A DNA stretch of 64,000 nucleotides, from positions 378,129-442,128 of the forward strand of contig LCRY01000002.1 in assembly GCA_001004905.1 (NCBI GenBank). The letters run 5' to 3'. This DNA comes from Parcubacteria group bacterium GW2011_GWA1_56_13. Its GTDB lineage: Bacteria; Patescibacteriota; Minisyncoccia; Phycocordibacterales; Phycocordibacteraceae. Positions 9,648 through 19,741 of this stretch are shown piece after piece. How positions within the stretch are numbered: position 1 is the first letter of the stretch; every line of letters starts with the position of its first letter. The notes below the pieces were generated by a model. The model ran no database searches. It worked only from the letters and a program-made list of their open reading frames with translations, and was not told where the DNA came from. Both the position numbers and the translations under genes were made by a program.

Positions 9648-10141
9648 GTAAAAAGCCCTCATTCTTTGAACGCCTTTCCGGCGGCTCCGGCGCCGAAGTG
9701 TTCGACGCTTTCGATGAGGAATTGTCGGCAACACCGCCTGCGCGCGAAAAGCCGCGCGTGCGGGCGAGCGATACGCGTCCGGCACCGCTTGAGGCCGATG
9801 CGCCGGGAAGCGAGGGCCAGCTTCCCGTTGACGTTCATCAGACCGCGAGCGATATCATCATCCGCGCCTTCGTTGCGGGAGTCCGCCCCGATGAGCTCAA
9901 CATTTCCATAAGCCGGGACATGGTGGAGATCGAAGGTTCCCGTATGGAACGCGAACAGGTCGCCGGTCCGGATTATTTCACCCGCGAACTCTTTTGGGGT
10001 TCGTTTTCACGTACGATCATGCTCCCCCAGGAAGTGGACGTCGAGGCCTCTTCCGCGAGCGCTAAGGACGGACTGTTGACCATCATCCTTCCCCGTCTTG
10101 ATAAGACAAAACAAACGAAATTGCGCGTAAAAGCGGGATAA
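9644..10141 (+). CDS. Hsp20/alpha-crystallin small heat-shock protein
   Basis: ATGA overlap with the prsW stop. Alpha-crystallin domain ending in GLLTIILP. Confidence 0.75.
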   Translation: MSKKPSFFERLSGGSGAEVFDAFDEELSATPPAREKPRVRASDTRPAPLEADAPGSEGQLPVDVHQTASDIIIRAFVAGVRPDELNISISRDMVEIEGSRMEREQVAGPDYFTRELFWGSFSRTIMLPQEVDVEASSASAKDGLLTIILPRLDKTKQTKLRVKAG

Positions 10142-10155
10142 GCGGGCACGTGCGA

Positions 10156-11241
10156 TTATTTGAGGACTGTCGTTTCCAGAGAAGGAGGAGATATCGCCGG
10201 AGCGACGACGAAAGGGATGCGTGCGATGAGGCGGCCGTCTGCCGTCTCCACGTTGACGCGCCACTTCCCCACACTTCCTACCGGCACCGCCGAGTAACCA
10301 CGATATCCGCTTTCGCGACCGCCGACGATGGAATACTGTATCACTGATCTTGTTATCCACACTTTCCGCGCCGGGTCATACCACTGCCAGCGGTGCAAGA
10401 CATCCGTCGTGAGCGCGGTCGGCGCGAATACGGAGCTGTAGGCGAAGAGTGATTCTCCGGGAGCCGCGTGCAAGGTCGGCGGAAGGCCGAGGTACCGCAC
10501 CTGCCACGGCTCCGCCTCACGCTGTGCGAGATACGCGCCGGGAACGCGCCACACGCTGTGGTAGATGCCGGCTGCCGTCGCCGAAAGCGGCAGGGGCGGC
10601 AGGATATTGGTGAAATAGAATGCATTCATCAGTGCGAATACCGCGAACGCGCCGACCCGGATGCGCCAAACGTCGGAGAGGAAGCGTTCGCGTGCAAGCA
10701 TGCGCAGAAAGACCGTGAAAACCGCAAATACCACGGCCGCCAGTACGCCGCTTGCGAGAAATGTCTGCGTTCCGATGCTGCCGGTGTAGATGGGGACCGC
10801 GAGGATCGCGTAGGAATAGAGCGCAAAAAAGAATAGTATGCTCGTGAAGACCAATCGGGCGTGGTAGCGATGGAAGTACTCACTACCGAGAAAAATGAGG
10901 ACAAGAAAGAGAAGGAACGGCCAGGACGCGCCGACAACTGCCGAACGCCCGTAAAAGATGACGAATCCGCTCCAGAACCCGCCGAGCGCGAACTGCGTCG
11001 CAAGGGGAAGGATGAGGCGCCAGCGCGGGCGATGTTCCTGGCCGCCTAAACGCATCTCTATCCAATGGTGAAGCGGGATCGCGACGAAGCAGACGGCCGC
11101 ATAGAAAGCGAATACGATCTGCGTTTGCCAGAGATCGATGCGCTCAAAGTACAGGCTGTCAAAAATGAAGCCGACGGCCATCGCGACAGCCGAAAGATGC
11201 CGTTCACGTTTCTGCATCCAGAGAAAGACCTTCTGCAACAT
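10156..11241 (-). CDS. polytopic membrane protein, function unknown
   Basis: The ORF track start (11304) runs through tRNA-Phe. ATG 11241 (MLQKVF) lies 2 nt from the tRNA 3' end. About 7 TM segments plus a soluble C-terminal domain. Confidence 0.55.
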   Translation of the reverse strand: MLQKVFLWMQKRERHLSAVAMAVGFIFDSLYFERIDLWQTQIVFAFYAAVCFVAIPLHHWIEMRLGGQEHRPRWRLILPLATQFALGGFWSGFVIFYGRSAVVGASWPFLLFLVLIFLGSEYFHRYHARLVFTSILFFFALYSYAILAVPIYTGSIGTQTFLASGVLAAVVFAVFTVFLRMLARERFLSDVWRIRVGAFAVFALMNAFYFTNILPPLPLSATAAGIYHSVWRVPGAYLAQREAEPWQVRYLGLPPTLHAAPGESLFAYSSVFAPTALTTDVLHRWQWYDPARKVWITRSVIQYSIVGGRESGYRGYSAVPVGSVGKWRVNVETADGRLIARIPFVVAPAISPPSLETTVLK

Positions 11242-11243
11242 AC

Positions 11244-11319
11244 TGGTGCTTGGAGTCGGGCTCGAACCGACGACCCCTTCCTCTTCAGGGAAGTGCTCTA
11301 CCAACTGAGCTATCCAAGC
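11244..11319 (-). tRNA. tRNA-Phe(GAA), CCA encoded
   Basis: RC: gcttgga tagctcagttggtagagc, anticodon stem/loop cttcc-ctGAAga-ggaag, T-arm gtcggttcgagcccgac, tccaagc acca. Confidence 0.85.
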
Positions 11320-11328
11320 GTTACCGGG

Positions 11329-11616
11329 CTATCTCTGCCCCGCTTTGAAGGAGTTTATCAGCTTTTGAATGTCAGCGGAAGTCGGCAGACCGAAAAGCCC
11401 GGAAGGGGTCGTCTGGGTCGCGGACGAGAAGGTCTCGGCGAGCGGCCGCAGATATTGCTGGTATCCGAAGAACGCAAGCGCGAGCAGAATGAACCAGACG
11501 GCGAATTTCCAGAAGGCCCCGATGAGCTGATGCCGGCGGATGGCGCGCAAGAGATGATGATTGTCTTTCGCGAGTGCACGCACTTCGTCAAGCAGGTGTT
11601 TGGATTCCGGGTCCAT
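11329..11616 (-). CDS. small single-TM membrane protein
   Basis: 95-aa ORF with one hydrophobic helix (FWKFAVWFILLALAFFGY). Confidence 0.4.
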   Translation of the reverse strand: MDPESKHLLDEVRALAKDNHHLLRAIRRHQLIGAFWKFAVWFILLALAFFGYQQYLRPLAETFSSATQTTPSGLFGLPTSADIQKLINSFKAGQR

Positions 11617-11676
11617 ATGCCATACATTCTAGCATCAAAAACAAGGCGACCCATTCGGGCCGCCAGTGCAGCGTTG

Positions 11677-12366
11677 CTATTGCTGAAGGAGCTTCTTGGC
11701 GCACTGCCGTACTTTCCTCTTCCACGAGATAGGGTCTGTGGTATCAATGTCGGCGAAGACGGCGCAGGGAGGATTCTTGATTACCCACCGGCCGCCACCC
11801 GTGTTAACCCAGCGATAGTGGTGGGGCGTGCGGCGCCACATCTCGCGCAATTTCACCACCGCTCCCTTGGATTGTGCATTCCCTTTCCATCTTGAGGAAG
11901 CGCCGCCGAAAAATCCGCCTGCATGATACGCCGCAGAGATGACGCGGCCCGCCATGACATCGTGATCGCAATAGGTGCAGACGAAGATAGTGCGAACTCC
12001 TGCTCTTCGGGCTTTTTGGCGGACAGTTGCCCGTTTCTTTGCGTCAATGAAGTCGAAATCGAGGATTGCGTTCCCGCCCCGCTGTATGACTTCGAGCGCC
12101 ACGCTTTCGGCAATACCGCGAGTTCCTTCATAGCGCGCTTTCTGCTTGCGAAGTTCGATGCGAATAGCATCCCCCTCGATGACCGTCGCGCCAATATGTT
12201 TGGCGAGTTCTTGCGCCACCGAACTCTTACCAGAACCAACAAGACCGATGAGGGCGACGATAATCGGTTGCTTGGTTCTGCGTTTCTTGATGCGAAGCGC
12301 CGCCATGAATGTATCTTGGGCGGCACGTTCTTTTTTGGTCAGCACTTCCCGTTTGCGCATAGCCAT
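11677..12366 (-). CDS. P-loop NTPase (AAA/zeta-toxin-like kinase fold)
   Basis: Walker A IGLVGSGKSS. GGAGGT SD 6 nt before ATG 12366 (MAMRK). The ORF track start 12390 is GTG. Confidence 0.55.
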   Translation of the reverse strand: MAMRKREVLTKKERAAQDTFMAALRIKKRRTKQPIIVALIGLVGSGKSSVAQELAKHIGATVIEGDAIRIELRKQKARYEGTRGIAESVALEVIQRGGNAILDFDFIDAKKRATVRQKARRAGVRTIFVCTYCDHDVMAGRVISAAYHAGGFFGGASSRWKGNAQSKGAVVKLREMWRRTPHHYRWVNTGGGRWVIKNPPCAVFADIDTTDPISWKRKVRQCAKKLLQQ

Positions 12367-12458
12367 AAGTATACCTCCGCGTTCTGCCACGGCGAAATGT
12401 TCTCTGCTTTCTCCGCGAGAGATGCTAGTACGAAATACCTACCCGGTCAATGAAGCAG

Positions 12459-12530
12459 TGCCCTCGCTAGGAATTGAACCTAAATCGCCGCGTTAGGAGT
12501 GCGGTGCTCTATCCGTTGAGCTACGAGGGC
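12459..12530 (-). tRNA. tRNA-Arg(CCT)
   Basis: RC: gccctcg tagctcaacggatagagc, anticodon loop ctCCTaa with an A-C mismatch closing the stem, T-arm ttaggttcaattcctag, cgagggc. Confidence 0.7.
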
Positions 12531-12535
12531 TAGGG

Positions 12536-12784
12536 TTATGCGGTAACGCCGAGTGAGGTCGTGAGCCTTTCCTTGTCGAAACCGATGATCATTTCATTGC
12601 CGACGAAGATGACCGGTACGCCCATCTGGCCGGATTTTTGTATCATTTCCTGGCGCTTCTCGAGATCCTGCGCGACATTGTGCTCGGTGTAGGCGATGCC
12701 CTTTTCCTTCAGGAAATCCTTGGTCATCTGGCAGAAATGGCAGGTCGGGGTACTGTAAATAGTGACGGTTTTATCCATGTTCAT
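12536..12784 (-). CDS. glutaredoxin-like protein (YruB/NrdH-like)
   Basis: MNMDKTVTIYSTPTCHFCQ ... GVPVIFVG thioredoxin-fold motif. The ORF track start 12841 is upstream. Confidence 0.65.
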   Translation of the reverse strand: MNMDKTVTIYSTPTCHFCQMTKDFLKEKGIAYTEHNVAQDLEKRQEMIQKSGQMGVPVIFVGNEMIIGFDKERLTTSLGVTA

Positions 12785-12870
12785 TGTGTTATGCGGGAAA
12801 GTATAGCATCCCGGATTATCCCCACCAAGAGCGGCCCACACAAACGAAGGCCCGAGGTACTGTTTCGGGC

Positions 12871-13125
12871 CTAGGGAGTCGGTTTTCCGCGCCGGAGATC
12901 AGGCAATAATGTGTCTGTCATTTTTTTAATGCGCACTGCTATTCCGGGACGCTTCCTCGACAGCCACGTCTGTGACGCAGGCGGTTCTTGCGCAGGGTAT
13001 GCTTCATAATACGCTCCCGCGGCCTCCCGCAGACACTGTTCGATCTTACTAACGTCGGCATCCGACGGCAACGGCCCCGGTTCTTTCGGTGGTGGAGCTT
13101 TGTAGGCCTTGTGATAGGTCATCAT
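12871..13125 (-). CDS. hypothetical small Pro-rich protein
   Basis: GGAGGTG SD directly upstream of ATGATG 13125. 84 aa, no recognisable domain. Confidence 0.45.
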   Translation of the reverse strand: MMTYHKAYKAPPPKEPGPLPSDADVSKIEQCLREAAGAYYEAYPAQEPPASQTWLSRKRPGIAVRIKKMTDTLLPDLRRGKPTP

Positions 13126-13216
13126 TCACCTCCTGAAGTTACCTGCCGATATTAAGGGTATCACGCTCAACGCAAGGCGTCTTCGGCTTTCAGTTTCTAA
13201 CGGGATTCGCACTTTG

Positions 13217-13287
13217 TGCAGGATGCGGGAATCGAACCCGCGTCCAGTGCTTGGGAAGCACTTATTCTGCCACTAAACTAATCCTGC
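13217..13287 (-). tRNA. tRNA-Gly(CCC)
   Basis: RC: gcaggat tagtttagtggcagaat, anticodon stem/loop agtgc-ttCCCaa-gcact, T-arm gcgggttcgattcccgc, atcctgc. Confidence 0.85.
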
Positions 13288-13291
13288 ACAA

Positions 13292-13327
13292 AAGGCGAAT
13301 CCCGGTTCTGCCACTGAACTAATCCCG
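13292..13327 (-). repeat. truncated copy of a tRNA-Gly 5' half (acceptor plus D-arm), 3 mismatches to the full gene
   Basis: RC gcgggattagttcagtggcagaac versus gcaggattagtttagtggcagaat in the adjacent tRNA. Also part of an 11-bp inverted repeat (cgggattcgc / gcgaatcccg) that brackets the tRNA. Confidence 0.5.
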
Positions 13328-13669
13328 CTATTCAAACCAACTCGTTATCCACTCCCACCATGAAGGCGTCGTCGTCGGATTCTTCGCTTCAGGTGGCACC
13401 ACCACGATAACCTCTTCGCCTGGACGCGCAACCCCGAAAGCCGTGCGGATGGCCGCATCCTGGCCCCGCTTCGTGCCAAGCGCGGCGAGATTCGCTTCGA
13501 GCGTCTCCTTTCTCGTCTCAAGCGCGCGGTATTGCCGCTCGGCATTATGCGCTTCCGTGATCGCCACTCTTGCCTTCCCCATTAACCCCCAAATGAGCGA
13601 CAGGAGCCCGAAAGCGACGAGCAGCAGAACGCCGATGACGACCCCTTGCCGCATTTGTCTCGTGCGCAT
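13328..13669 (-). CDS. FtsB/DivIC-like septum-formation initiator (single TM plus coiled coil)
   Basis: N-terminal TM VVIGVLLLVAFGLLSLIWGL followed by a heptad-like helical segment. Confidence 0.4.
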   Translation of the reverse strand: MRTRQMRQGVVIGVLLLVAFGLLSLIWGLMGKARVAITEAHNAERQYRALETRKETLEANLAALGTKRGQDAAIRTAFGVARPGEEVIVVVPPEAKNPTTTPSWWEWITSWFE

Positions 13670-13699
13670 GTGTCTAGTATAACGCGGGGCCGAACCCGC

Positions 13700-15535
13700 C
13701 TATTCGGCCGAGGACTGCACCATTTTCATGAATACCTCTTCCGGAATATTCACCTTGCCCGTGCCGCGCTCGAGGAGTTTCTTTTTGCCGCGCTTTTGCT
13801 TCTGGAGCAGTTTCATCTTGCGCGAGACGTCGCCGCCGTACAGATATCCCGTCACATCCTTGCGCATTGCCGAGAGCGTCCGTGATGCGATAATGCGCCC
13901 GCGCGCCCGCGCCTGGATCTTGGTGTTGAAGAGCTGTTTCGGCAGTATCGAATGCAGTTTCTCCACCATTTTTTCCGCTTCCTCCTGCACCCGCCTTGCC
14001 GCGACAACGCGCGCGAAGGCCGGTATCGGTTCTTCGGCCACCAGCACGTCGAGCCGCACAACGTCCGCCGAGCGTTCGGGAAGGATCTCATAGGAGAGAG
14101 ATGCGTAGCCGGAGGAGATATTCTTCAGGGTATCGAAGAACCCGCGCATAAGCTCTCGAAGCGGCATCTCAACGACCATTTCTATACGCCCATCCGCGTG
14201 CGTTTCCGTGCCGAGCGTATTCGCCTCGTGCTCGTACAAGAGCTGCACGAGTGCGCTCAAGGAATCCGGCGGTGTAATGATGATGACTTTGGCCCACGGT
14301 TCTTCGACGACCGCGATGTCGCCATGTTCGGGAAATTTCGCCGGTGTGTAGACGGTCTCGCGGGCGCCGTTGGTCTTCGTAACGATGTAGGAGATCGTCG
14401 GGATGGTGACTATGAGCGAGAGATCGAATTCCCGCTTTAAACGCTCCGTGACTATTTCGAGATGGAGGAGTCCGAGAAAGCCGCACCGGAACCCTCTTCC
14501 GAGCACGCCCAAGGACTCTTCCTCGAACGACAGCGAGGAATCGGAAAGGCGCAGCCGCTCCAGTGATTTGCGCAGGACCGGGAGATCATTCTGGTCTTCC
14601 GGATACACCGAGGCCCAGACCACTGGCCGCGGTTTTTCGTAGCCCGGGAGCGCTCCGAGCGAGCCCCGTACTGCCCCAATGGTGTCGCCCACCGCGACGA
14701 TGCCCGGTTCCTTGATGCCCGTCACGATGTACCCAATCTCGCCGGCGGAGAGCGAGTCGGAGGGCGTTTCTTCCGGCGTGAAAATACCCGTCTCCAGCGC
14801 GATGAACTCCTTTCCCGCGGCGTGGAAGAAAAGCGGTTGGCCTTTGCGGAATACGCCGTCGAAAACGCGCAGGTACACGGCGACGCCGCGATGTGTCGAG
14901 TAGGAAAAATCGAAGATGAGCCCGCGGGGCTCCGCACCCGCGGACGGTTCGCCGTTCCCGGGCGGAGGGATGAGTCGCACGATCGCCTCGAGGAGCTCGT
15001 CAACGCCTTCGCCGGTTTTTCCCGATACCGCAAGCACGCCCTCTTTCGGCACGCCTACGAGCTGCGAAAGCTCCGCCCTTACTTCTTCCACGCGCGCAGC
15101 CGGAGAATCTATTTTTGAAACGATGGGAATGACGACGCATCCCTGTGCCTCGGCCGCCGCGAGCGTCGTGAGGGTCTGTGCCTGCACGCCTTGCGTGGAA
15201 TCAACGAGTAGGAGAACGCCCTCGACCGCGTGGAGCGCCCGCGAAACTTCGTATGAAAAATCAATGTGTCCGGGCGTATCAATAAGGTTCAAGATGTACT
15301 GCTGTTCCTCGCTTCGCTCGGAACCTCCAGAATGATACATCATTCTTACGGGTTGCATCTTGATGGTGATGCCGCGCTCGCGCTCCAAGTCCATGCGATC
15401 AAGCACCTGGTCGCGCATAAGACGGTCCGGGATGGTCCCGGTGCGCTCAAGCAGACGGTCGGCCAGCGTGCTCTTTCCGTGATCCACGTGCGCAATGATG
15501 GAGAAATTGCGGATGCGCGACGGACTCATGCTCAT
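13700..15535 (-). CDS. lepA: translation elongation factor 4 (LepA)
   Basis: [32 protein letters not shown] and full EF4 domain order. Confidence 0.9.
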   Translation of the reverse strand: MSMSPSRIRNFSIIAHVDHGKSTLADRLLERTGTIPDRLMRDQVLDRMDLERERGITIKMQPVRMMYHSGGSERSEEQQYILNLIDTPGHIDFSYEVSRALHAVEGVLLLVDSTQGVQAQTLTTLAAAEAQGCVVIPIVSKIDSPAARVEEVRAELSQLVGVPKEGVLAVSGKTGEGVDELLEAIVRLIPPPGNGEPSAGAEPRGLIFDFSYSTHRGVAVYLRVFDGVFRKGQPLFFHAAGKEFIALETGIFTPEETPSDSLSAGEIGYIVTGIKEPGIVAVGDTIGAVRGSLGALPGYEKPRPVVWASVYPEDQNDLPVLRKSLERLRLSDSSLSFEEESLGVLGRGFRCGFLGLLHLEIVTERLKREFDLSLIVTIPTISYIVTKTNGARETVYTPAKFPEHGDIAVVEEPWAKVIIITPPDSLSALVQLLYEHEANTLGTETHADGRIEMVVEMPLRELMRGFFDTLKNISSGYASLSYEILPERSADVVRLDVLVAEEPIPAFARVVAARRVQEEAEKMVEKLHSILPKQLFNTKIQARARGRIIASRTLSAMRKDVTGYLYGGDVSRKMKLLQKQKRGKKKLLERGTGKVNIPEEVFMKMVQSSAE

Positions 15536-17226
15536 GGCTGTACGGGTTCTTCGGCGGAAGGTTCGAGTACCGCAGAGGGAGCTTCCGGCGCGCGCACGAG
15601 TTTGGCAAGCGCATTTGTGACGATGAGAAATTCCTCGTTCTCGACGAGGAACAACGCGACTCCCGCGGCGACAAGGCCGACGACGCCTGCGATAAATCCT
15701 TGGGTGAAAACGGATATGAGCGTGGTCAAAGGGGCGATGCCGCCCTCAAGGAGCAGTGTGCCGTACGCGGCCGCGCCGCCGGCGAGCGCAGCAATGCCGC
15801 CATCCACACAAGGACGCACGAGAGCACGTGCAAGACCAGGAGCGATGTCACGGAGCGCGGCCAGGGAGAGAACGGCGAGGAATATCTGACCACAGGTAGC
15901 CGAGAGCGCGATAAGTAAAACTCCCGTCCCATGAACATCGCCCACGCGCAAGAATTCGGCGAGCGAGGAAGGAAGCCCGTTACGCTCCACCGTGAGGAAC
16001 GCGAGAGCGAGAAACACGGTGAGGATGCCGCCGGCGAGCTGATAGAAGAACGGCTGCCACGATCGCCGCGCCGCGTAGAGCGCGCGCGAAAAGAGGAGTA
16101 TGAGCCCCTGCGCCACGAGCCCGACAGCAAGGACGGCGAGAAGAGCCGCGGTAAGGCGCGTCGCATTCCAATCGAACGCCCCGGTGCCGAGGATGACCCG
16201 CACGACATGCGCGCGCAGGACGATAATGAGCCCAAGAGCGACGAACGACCAGAGGATGATGTGCCGCGCGCTTGAAGAAAGGATCCGGCTGAATTCATTC
16301 TGTTTCTGCAGCGCCGATGCCTCGGAAAGTGCGGGGAACGCCGCTACCGCGTAGGAGGAACCGATGAGTGCAAGCGGCACCGCTTCCAAATTGCTGGCGA
16401 AAGTGAAGACCGACACCGCTCCGGTGCCGATCCGGGACGCAAGCGCCGTAAGAACGAGCGCCGTGATCGAGCCCATGCCAAGCGCGAGCGAGCGCGGGAT
16501 GGAATCCCGCACGATGGGTGACATGAACGAAAATGACGGGAACCGCAGGCGTGGCATGACGCCCGTTTCGAGTATTACCGGGATATTCACCGCAAGATAC
16601 GCGACCGCGCCGATGATGACGCCGTAGCCGATGCCGAGCAGGCCGAGGCGCGGGTAAAAGAAAACGGCGCCGAAAATGATGCCAAGATTGTAGAGCACCG
16701 GCGAGAGCGCGAAGAGGGCGAAACGGCGATGCACCTGCGTAACGCTCGCGAGTATGCCGGAGAGCCCGAGCAGTATCGGCTGAAGGAGCAGAATGCGGGC
16801 GAGCAGAATGAATTCCGCCTGATGCGCGGAAGCGATGAGATTCGGGTAGAGGAATGCGAGGAACTGCGGCATGAAGACGGCAAGTATGGCGCAGATGAGC
16901 CCGCCGAAACCGAAAAGAAATGAGGCCGATTCGGACAAAATCCGGCGCGTGGCCTCCCTGTCCATTCCCGTGATGCGGGGAATGAGGACGTACGCGCTCA
17001 CGAGCGAGGCAACGAGCGCGAAAACGAGGTCGGGCACGCGAAATGCGGCATAGTACAGGTCGAGTACGGGGCCGGCGCCGAATGCGTGCGCGAACGTGCG
17101 GTCCCGCAGAAGCGCAAGCATCTGCGAAGCGAGGGTCAGTCCCGCGAGCAAGTACGCGGCCTGATGCAGGCCGCGTATGGGGCGGACCAACTGTCCGCCG
17201 ATGCGCTCGAAAATACGCCGAACCAT
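15532..17226 (-). CDS. murJ: lipid II flippase MurJ/MviN
   Basis: 14-TM MOP-family protein, N-terminus ...LASQMLALLRDRTFAHAFGAGPVLDLYYAAFRVP. ATGA overlap with lepA. Confidence 0.8.
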   Translation of the reverse strand: MVRRIFERIGGQLVRPIRGLHQAAYLLAGLTLASQMLALLRDRTFAHAFGAGPVLDLYYAAFRVPDLVFALVASLVSAYVLIPRITGMDREATRRILSESASFLFGFGGLICAILAVFMPQFLAFLYPNLIASAHQAEFILLARILLLQPILLGLSGILASVTQVHRRFALFALSPVLYNLGIIFGAVFFYPRLGLLGIGYGVIIGAVAYLAVNIPVILETGVMPRLRFPSFSFMSPIVRDSIPRSLALGMGSITALVLTALASRIGTGAVSVFTFASNLEAVPLALIGSSYAVAAFPALSEASALQKQNEFSRILSSSARHIILWSFVALGLIIVLRAHVVRVILGTGAFDWNATRLTAALLAVLAVGLVAQGLILLFSRALYAARRSWQPFFYQLAGGILTVFLALAFLTVERNGLPSSLAEFLRVGDVHGTGVLLIALSATCGQIFLAVLSLAALRDIAPGLARALVRPCVDGGIAALAGGAAAYGTLLLEGGIAPLTTLISVFTQGFIAGVVGLVAAGVALFLVENEEFLIVTNALAKLVRAPEAPSAVLEPSAEEPVQP

Positions 17227-17264
17227 CGCCCTATATTACTCTATCTACTCTGTTCCTTCTATAT

Positions 17265-19640
17265 TTATTGTTTGACGGGCGTCGACGAGATCGAGAGAAG
17301 ATTTGCCGGAAACGGATTTCTGCCCGCCGCAAGCGCCGCAAGCTGCGACGCGACCGCTGTTGCATTGTCGTCCGAGAACGCGGCTATCGCCTGCATCTGG
17401 GCGAGCGCATCCTCGAAGTTACCCTGCTTCGCGTAGACCGCGGAGAGGAAGTAGCGTGCATTCGCGAACTGCGGGCTCGCGTCAACCGCAGCGGCAAGCG
17501 CGGCGGCGGCGTTCGGAAGGTCATTGCTGGCCGCATACAATATGCCGACCTGGAAGAGGATATTCGGATTATCCGGCGTGAAGTAGGCGGCGGCAAGCGC
17601 GGCAGCAAGCGCTTCCTTCAGATTGCCGTCCTGCACTTCGAGCTGCGAAAGAAGGAAAATGGCGGGCGTGTAGTCCTGTTTGAGCGCGATCGCCGTTTTG
17701 AGATTTTCTTTCGCTCCCTTGATGTCCTGGTTCGCGATATCGAGTTGGGCGAGGACGTAGGGCATTTGCGGATTGGTCGGATTCAGCGCCTGCGCCTTTT
17801 CGTATGCGGTCTTGGCGCTGTCGTAGGCGCCGGCAACTTTGAGCGGCACTGCCTGGGCGTAGAGATTCCCGAGCGTGACCCAGCTTCGATAATCCGAAGC
17901 ATTGATGCGTGTTGCGGTCAGAGCGGCATTGATGCCCGAAGAGAGCGTCGTTTGGAACGCCTGCTGTGCAGCCGACGCCGTCATGGTCGACGAAGCGAGT
18001 ATCTGGTTCAGCCGGGCGTTCGCGACACCCGCTTGGATCTGGTAAGCGACGGCGCTCGGCGCGAACGAGATCGAACTCTGGGAAGCCATATCGGCGGCGT
18101 CAAGATCCCCGGCAGAAAATGCGCTGCCCGCGCTCGTGATCTTCGACGTCGCAATGTAGTGCCCGATGATCGTATATGCGGCGCCCACCGAAGACAGAAG
18201 AAGAATGGTCAACGCGAATACGATAACGAATCCGAGACGCGGACTTCGCGAGAAGATGACTCCCCACTGCGAACTTCCGCTCGCGAAGCGCGTCGTCGAG
18301 ATGAAGAGACCCGCGAAGACGAATGTGAGTGCGAGCAGGACGGAATTCGGCAGACCGAAGATCGCGACCGCGAAGAGATAGAGGGACGCAATGAACGAAA
18401 GTATGGCGACGTAGCGGATGAATGGGTCTTGCGGCGCGCGCTGGATGAGTGTGCGCAAGCCGAACACGATGAAGAGCGCCAAAAGTCCCACCCATGCGAG
18501 GATCCCGAGAATGCCGGTCGTTACCGCGGAAGTCGGTATGAAGCCGATGCCGGATGAGAAATCCGTGTTCCAGAATACGGTCGAATTGAGAGACGCATCG
18601 CGGTATTTGAGCCACTCCGTGCCGAAAGTGCCGGGACCGGTGCCGAAGATCGGAGCGGTCGTATAGACCTTCTGTGTGATCGCAAGCGTTGACTGCCACG
18701 AAGGACGGACCGAAAGGACGTTCACGTTGAGCGCATTCGCGACCGCTCCCCCGAGCGTTCCGCCGATGAGGAAAAAGATCGAGATGGCGAGCACCGAAAG
18801 TGGCAGGATGAGAGAGTGGCTACCGACATCCTCCGCCTCAAGCGGCGTAGATTCAACGCTTACACCAACCTCATCGAGGTCGGTGGACGATCCTCCCGAG
18901 CGGCGCATTACCGCTTCGACGAAGAGTCCAAGAGAGACGAGGGCGATAAGTATCCAGACGAGCTGGGAGTTCGCAACTGCCAGAAGCAGGAGCGCCCCGA
19001 GCCCGGCGAACAGAAGTGCACGAAGGGCGCGCCTGGAGAGGTCAACGAAACGCAACGTGATGAGCGTTCCGATGATGCCGAGTCCGGCGAGAAATGCGAG
19101 ATCATCGTACGAACCGACGAGCGAGAACGACGGCGAGATCGTGTTCGGCGAGAATTGTCCGACGATAAGGATGAGTATCTGCAGGACAACGGCGATGCAG
19201 AACACGTAGGCGGCGACACGCAGATAGGTGCGGTACTGTTCGACGCGCCGCAACGCGAGCGCGGAAAGCGTACCGAGGACCGCGATGATGAGCAGGGAGC
19301 CGAGCGTGTCCGGTTCAAGTGACGAACCCCACAACGCGTTCCCGAACGCGACACCGGAAAATGCCGCCGAGAGCGCATAGGCGAGCACCGGCAGCCATAG
19401 TGCGAGGATGAGCACCGACGGCGGGAAAATGACATTGCCGCGCGAAAGGCGCGCGAGGATATAGAGCGCGAGCGTGATGAGCGCGCCCGCGGCGAGCACG
19501 AACGTTTTTGTCGCCCCGAACGGAACCGCTGTCGACGGAATGAACATGAATAAAGCGACGACGAGCGTGGCAAGAAGCGCCACTACACTTATGGTATCGA
19601 GCGAATGGCGTGCTGCGCGCACTGGCTGTTGCGGGGGCAT
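17265..19640 (-). CDS. O-antigen-ligase-like polytopic membrane protein with C-terminal TPR repeats
   Basis: ~12 TM helices, then TPR-like repeats (AYEKAQALNP..., ALKQDYTPAIFLLSQLEVQDGNLKEA...). Confidence 0.5.
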   Translation of the reverse strand: MPPQQPVRAARHSLDTISVVALLATLVVALFMFIPSTAVPFGATKTFVLAAGALITLALYILARLSRGNVIFPPSVLILALWLPVLAYALSAAFSGVAFGNALWGSSLEPDTLGSLLIIAVLGTLSALALRRVEQYRTYLRVAAYVFCIAVVLQILILIVGQFSPNTISPSFSLVGSYDDLAFLAGLGIIGTLITLRFVDLSRRALRALLFAGLGALLLLAVANSQLVWILIALVSLGLFVEAVMRRSGGSSTDLDEVGVSVESTPLEAEDVGSHSLILPLSVLAISIFFLIGGTLGGAVANALNVNVLSVRPSWQSTLAITQKVYTTAPIFGTGPGTFGTEWLKYRDASLNSTVFWNTDFSSGIGFIPTSAVTTGILGILAWVGLLALFIVFGLRTLIQRAPQDPFIRYVAILSFIASLYLFAVAIFGLPNSVLLALTFVFAGLFISTTRFASGSSQWGVIFSRSPRLGFVIVFALTILLLSSVGAAYTIIGHYIATSKITSAGSAFSAGDLDAADMASQSSISFAPSAVAYQIQAGVANARLNQILASSTMTASAAQQAFQTTLSSGINAALTATRINASDYRSWVTLGNLYAQAVPLKVAGAYDSAKTAYEKAQALNPTNPQMPYVLAQLDIANQDIKGAKENLKTAIALKQDYTPAIFLLSQLEVQDGNLKEALAAALAAAYFTPDNPNILFQVGILYAASNDLPNAAAALAAAVDASPQFANARYFLSAVYAKQGNFEDALAQMQAIAAFSDDNATAVASQLAALAAGRNPFPANLLSISSTPVKQ

Positions 19641-19726
19641 GATGAGTGATTGCTATTTAATTCGTAATGATCCCAGTATACCCGCTATCGTCCTTTGTCG
19701 AGGAACCCATCCACACCGACAAAATG

Positions 19727-19735
19727 TGGTATAAT
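19727..19735 (+). promoter_or_regulatory. extended -10 promoter element (TGgTATAAT) for rnpB
   Basis: tgGTATAATg sits 7-8 nt upstream of the inferred P1 5' strand. Confidence 0.5.
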
Positions 19736-19741
19736 GCATCT

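Noticed and set aside
11065-11895. 276-aa plus-strand ORF
   Set aside because: Runs through tRNA-Phe and overlaps two better-supported minus-strand genes. No motifs.
17043-18557. 504-aa Arg-rich plus-strand ORF
   Set aside because: Antisense to the 791-aa TPR membrane protein in high-GC DNA. Extreme Arg/Glu composition with no motifs. Typical GC-driven spurious ORF.
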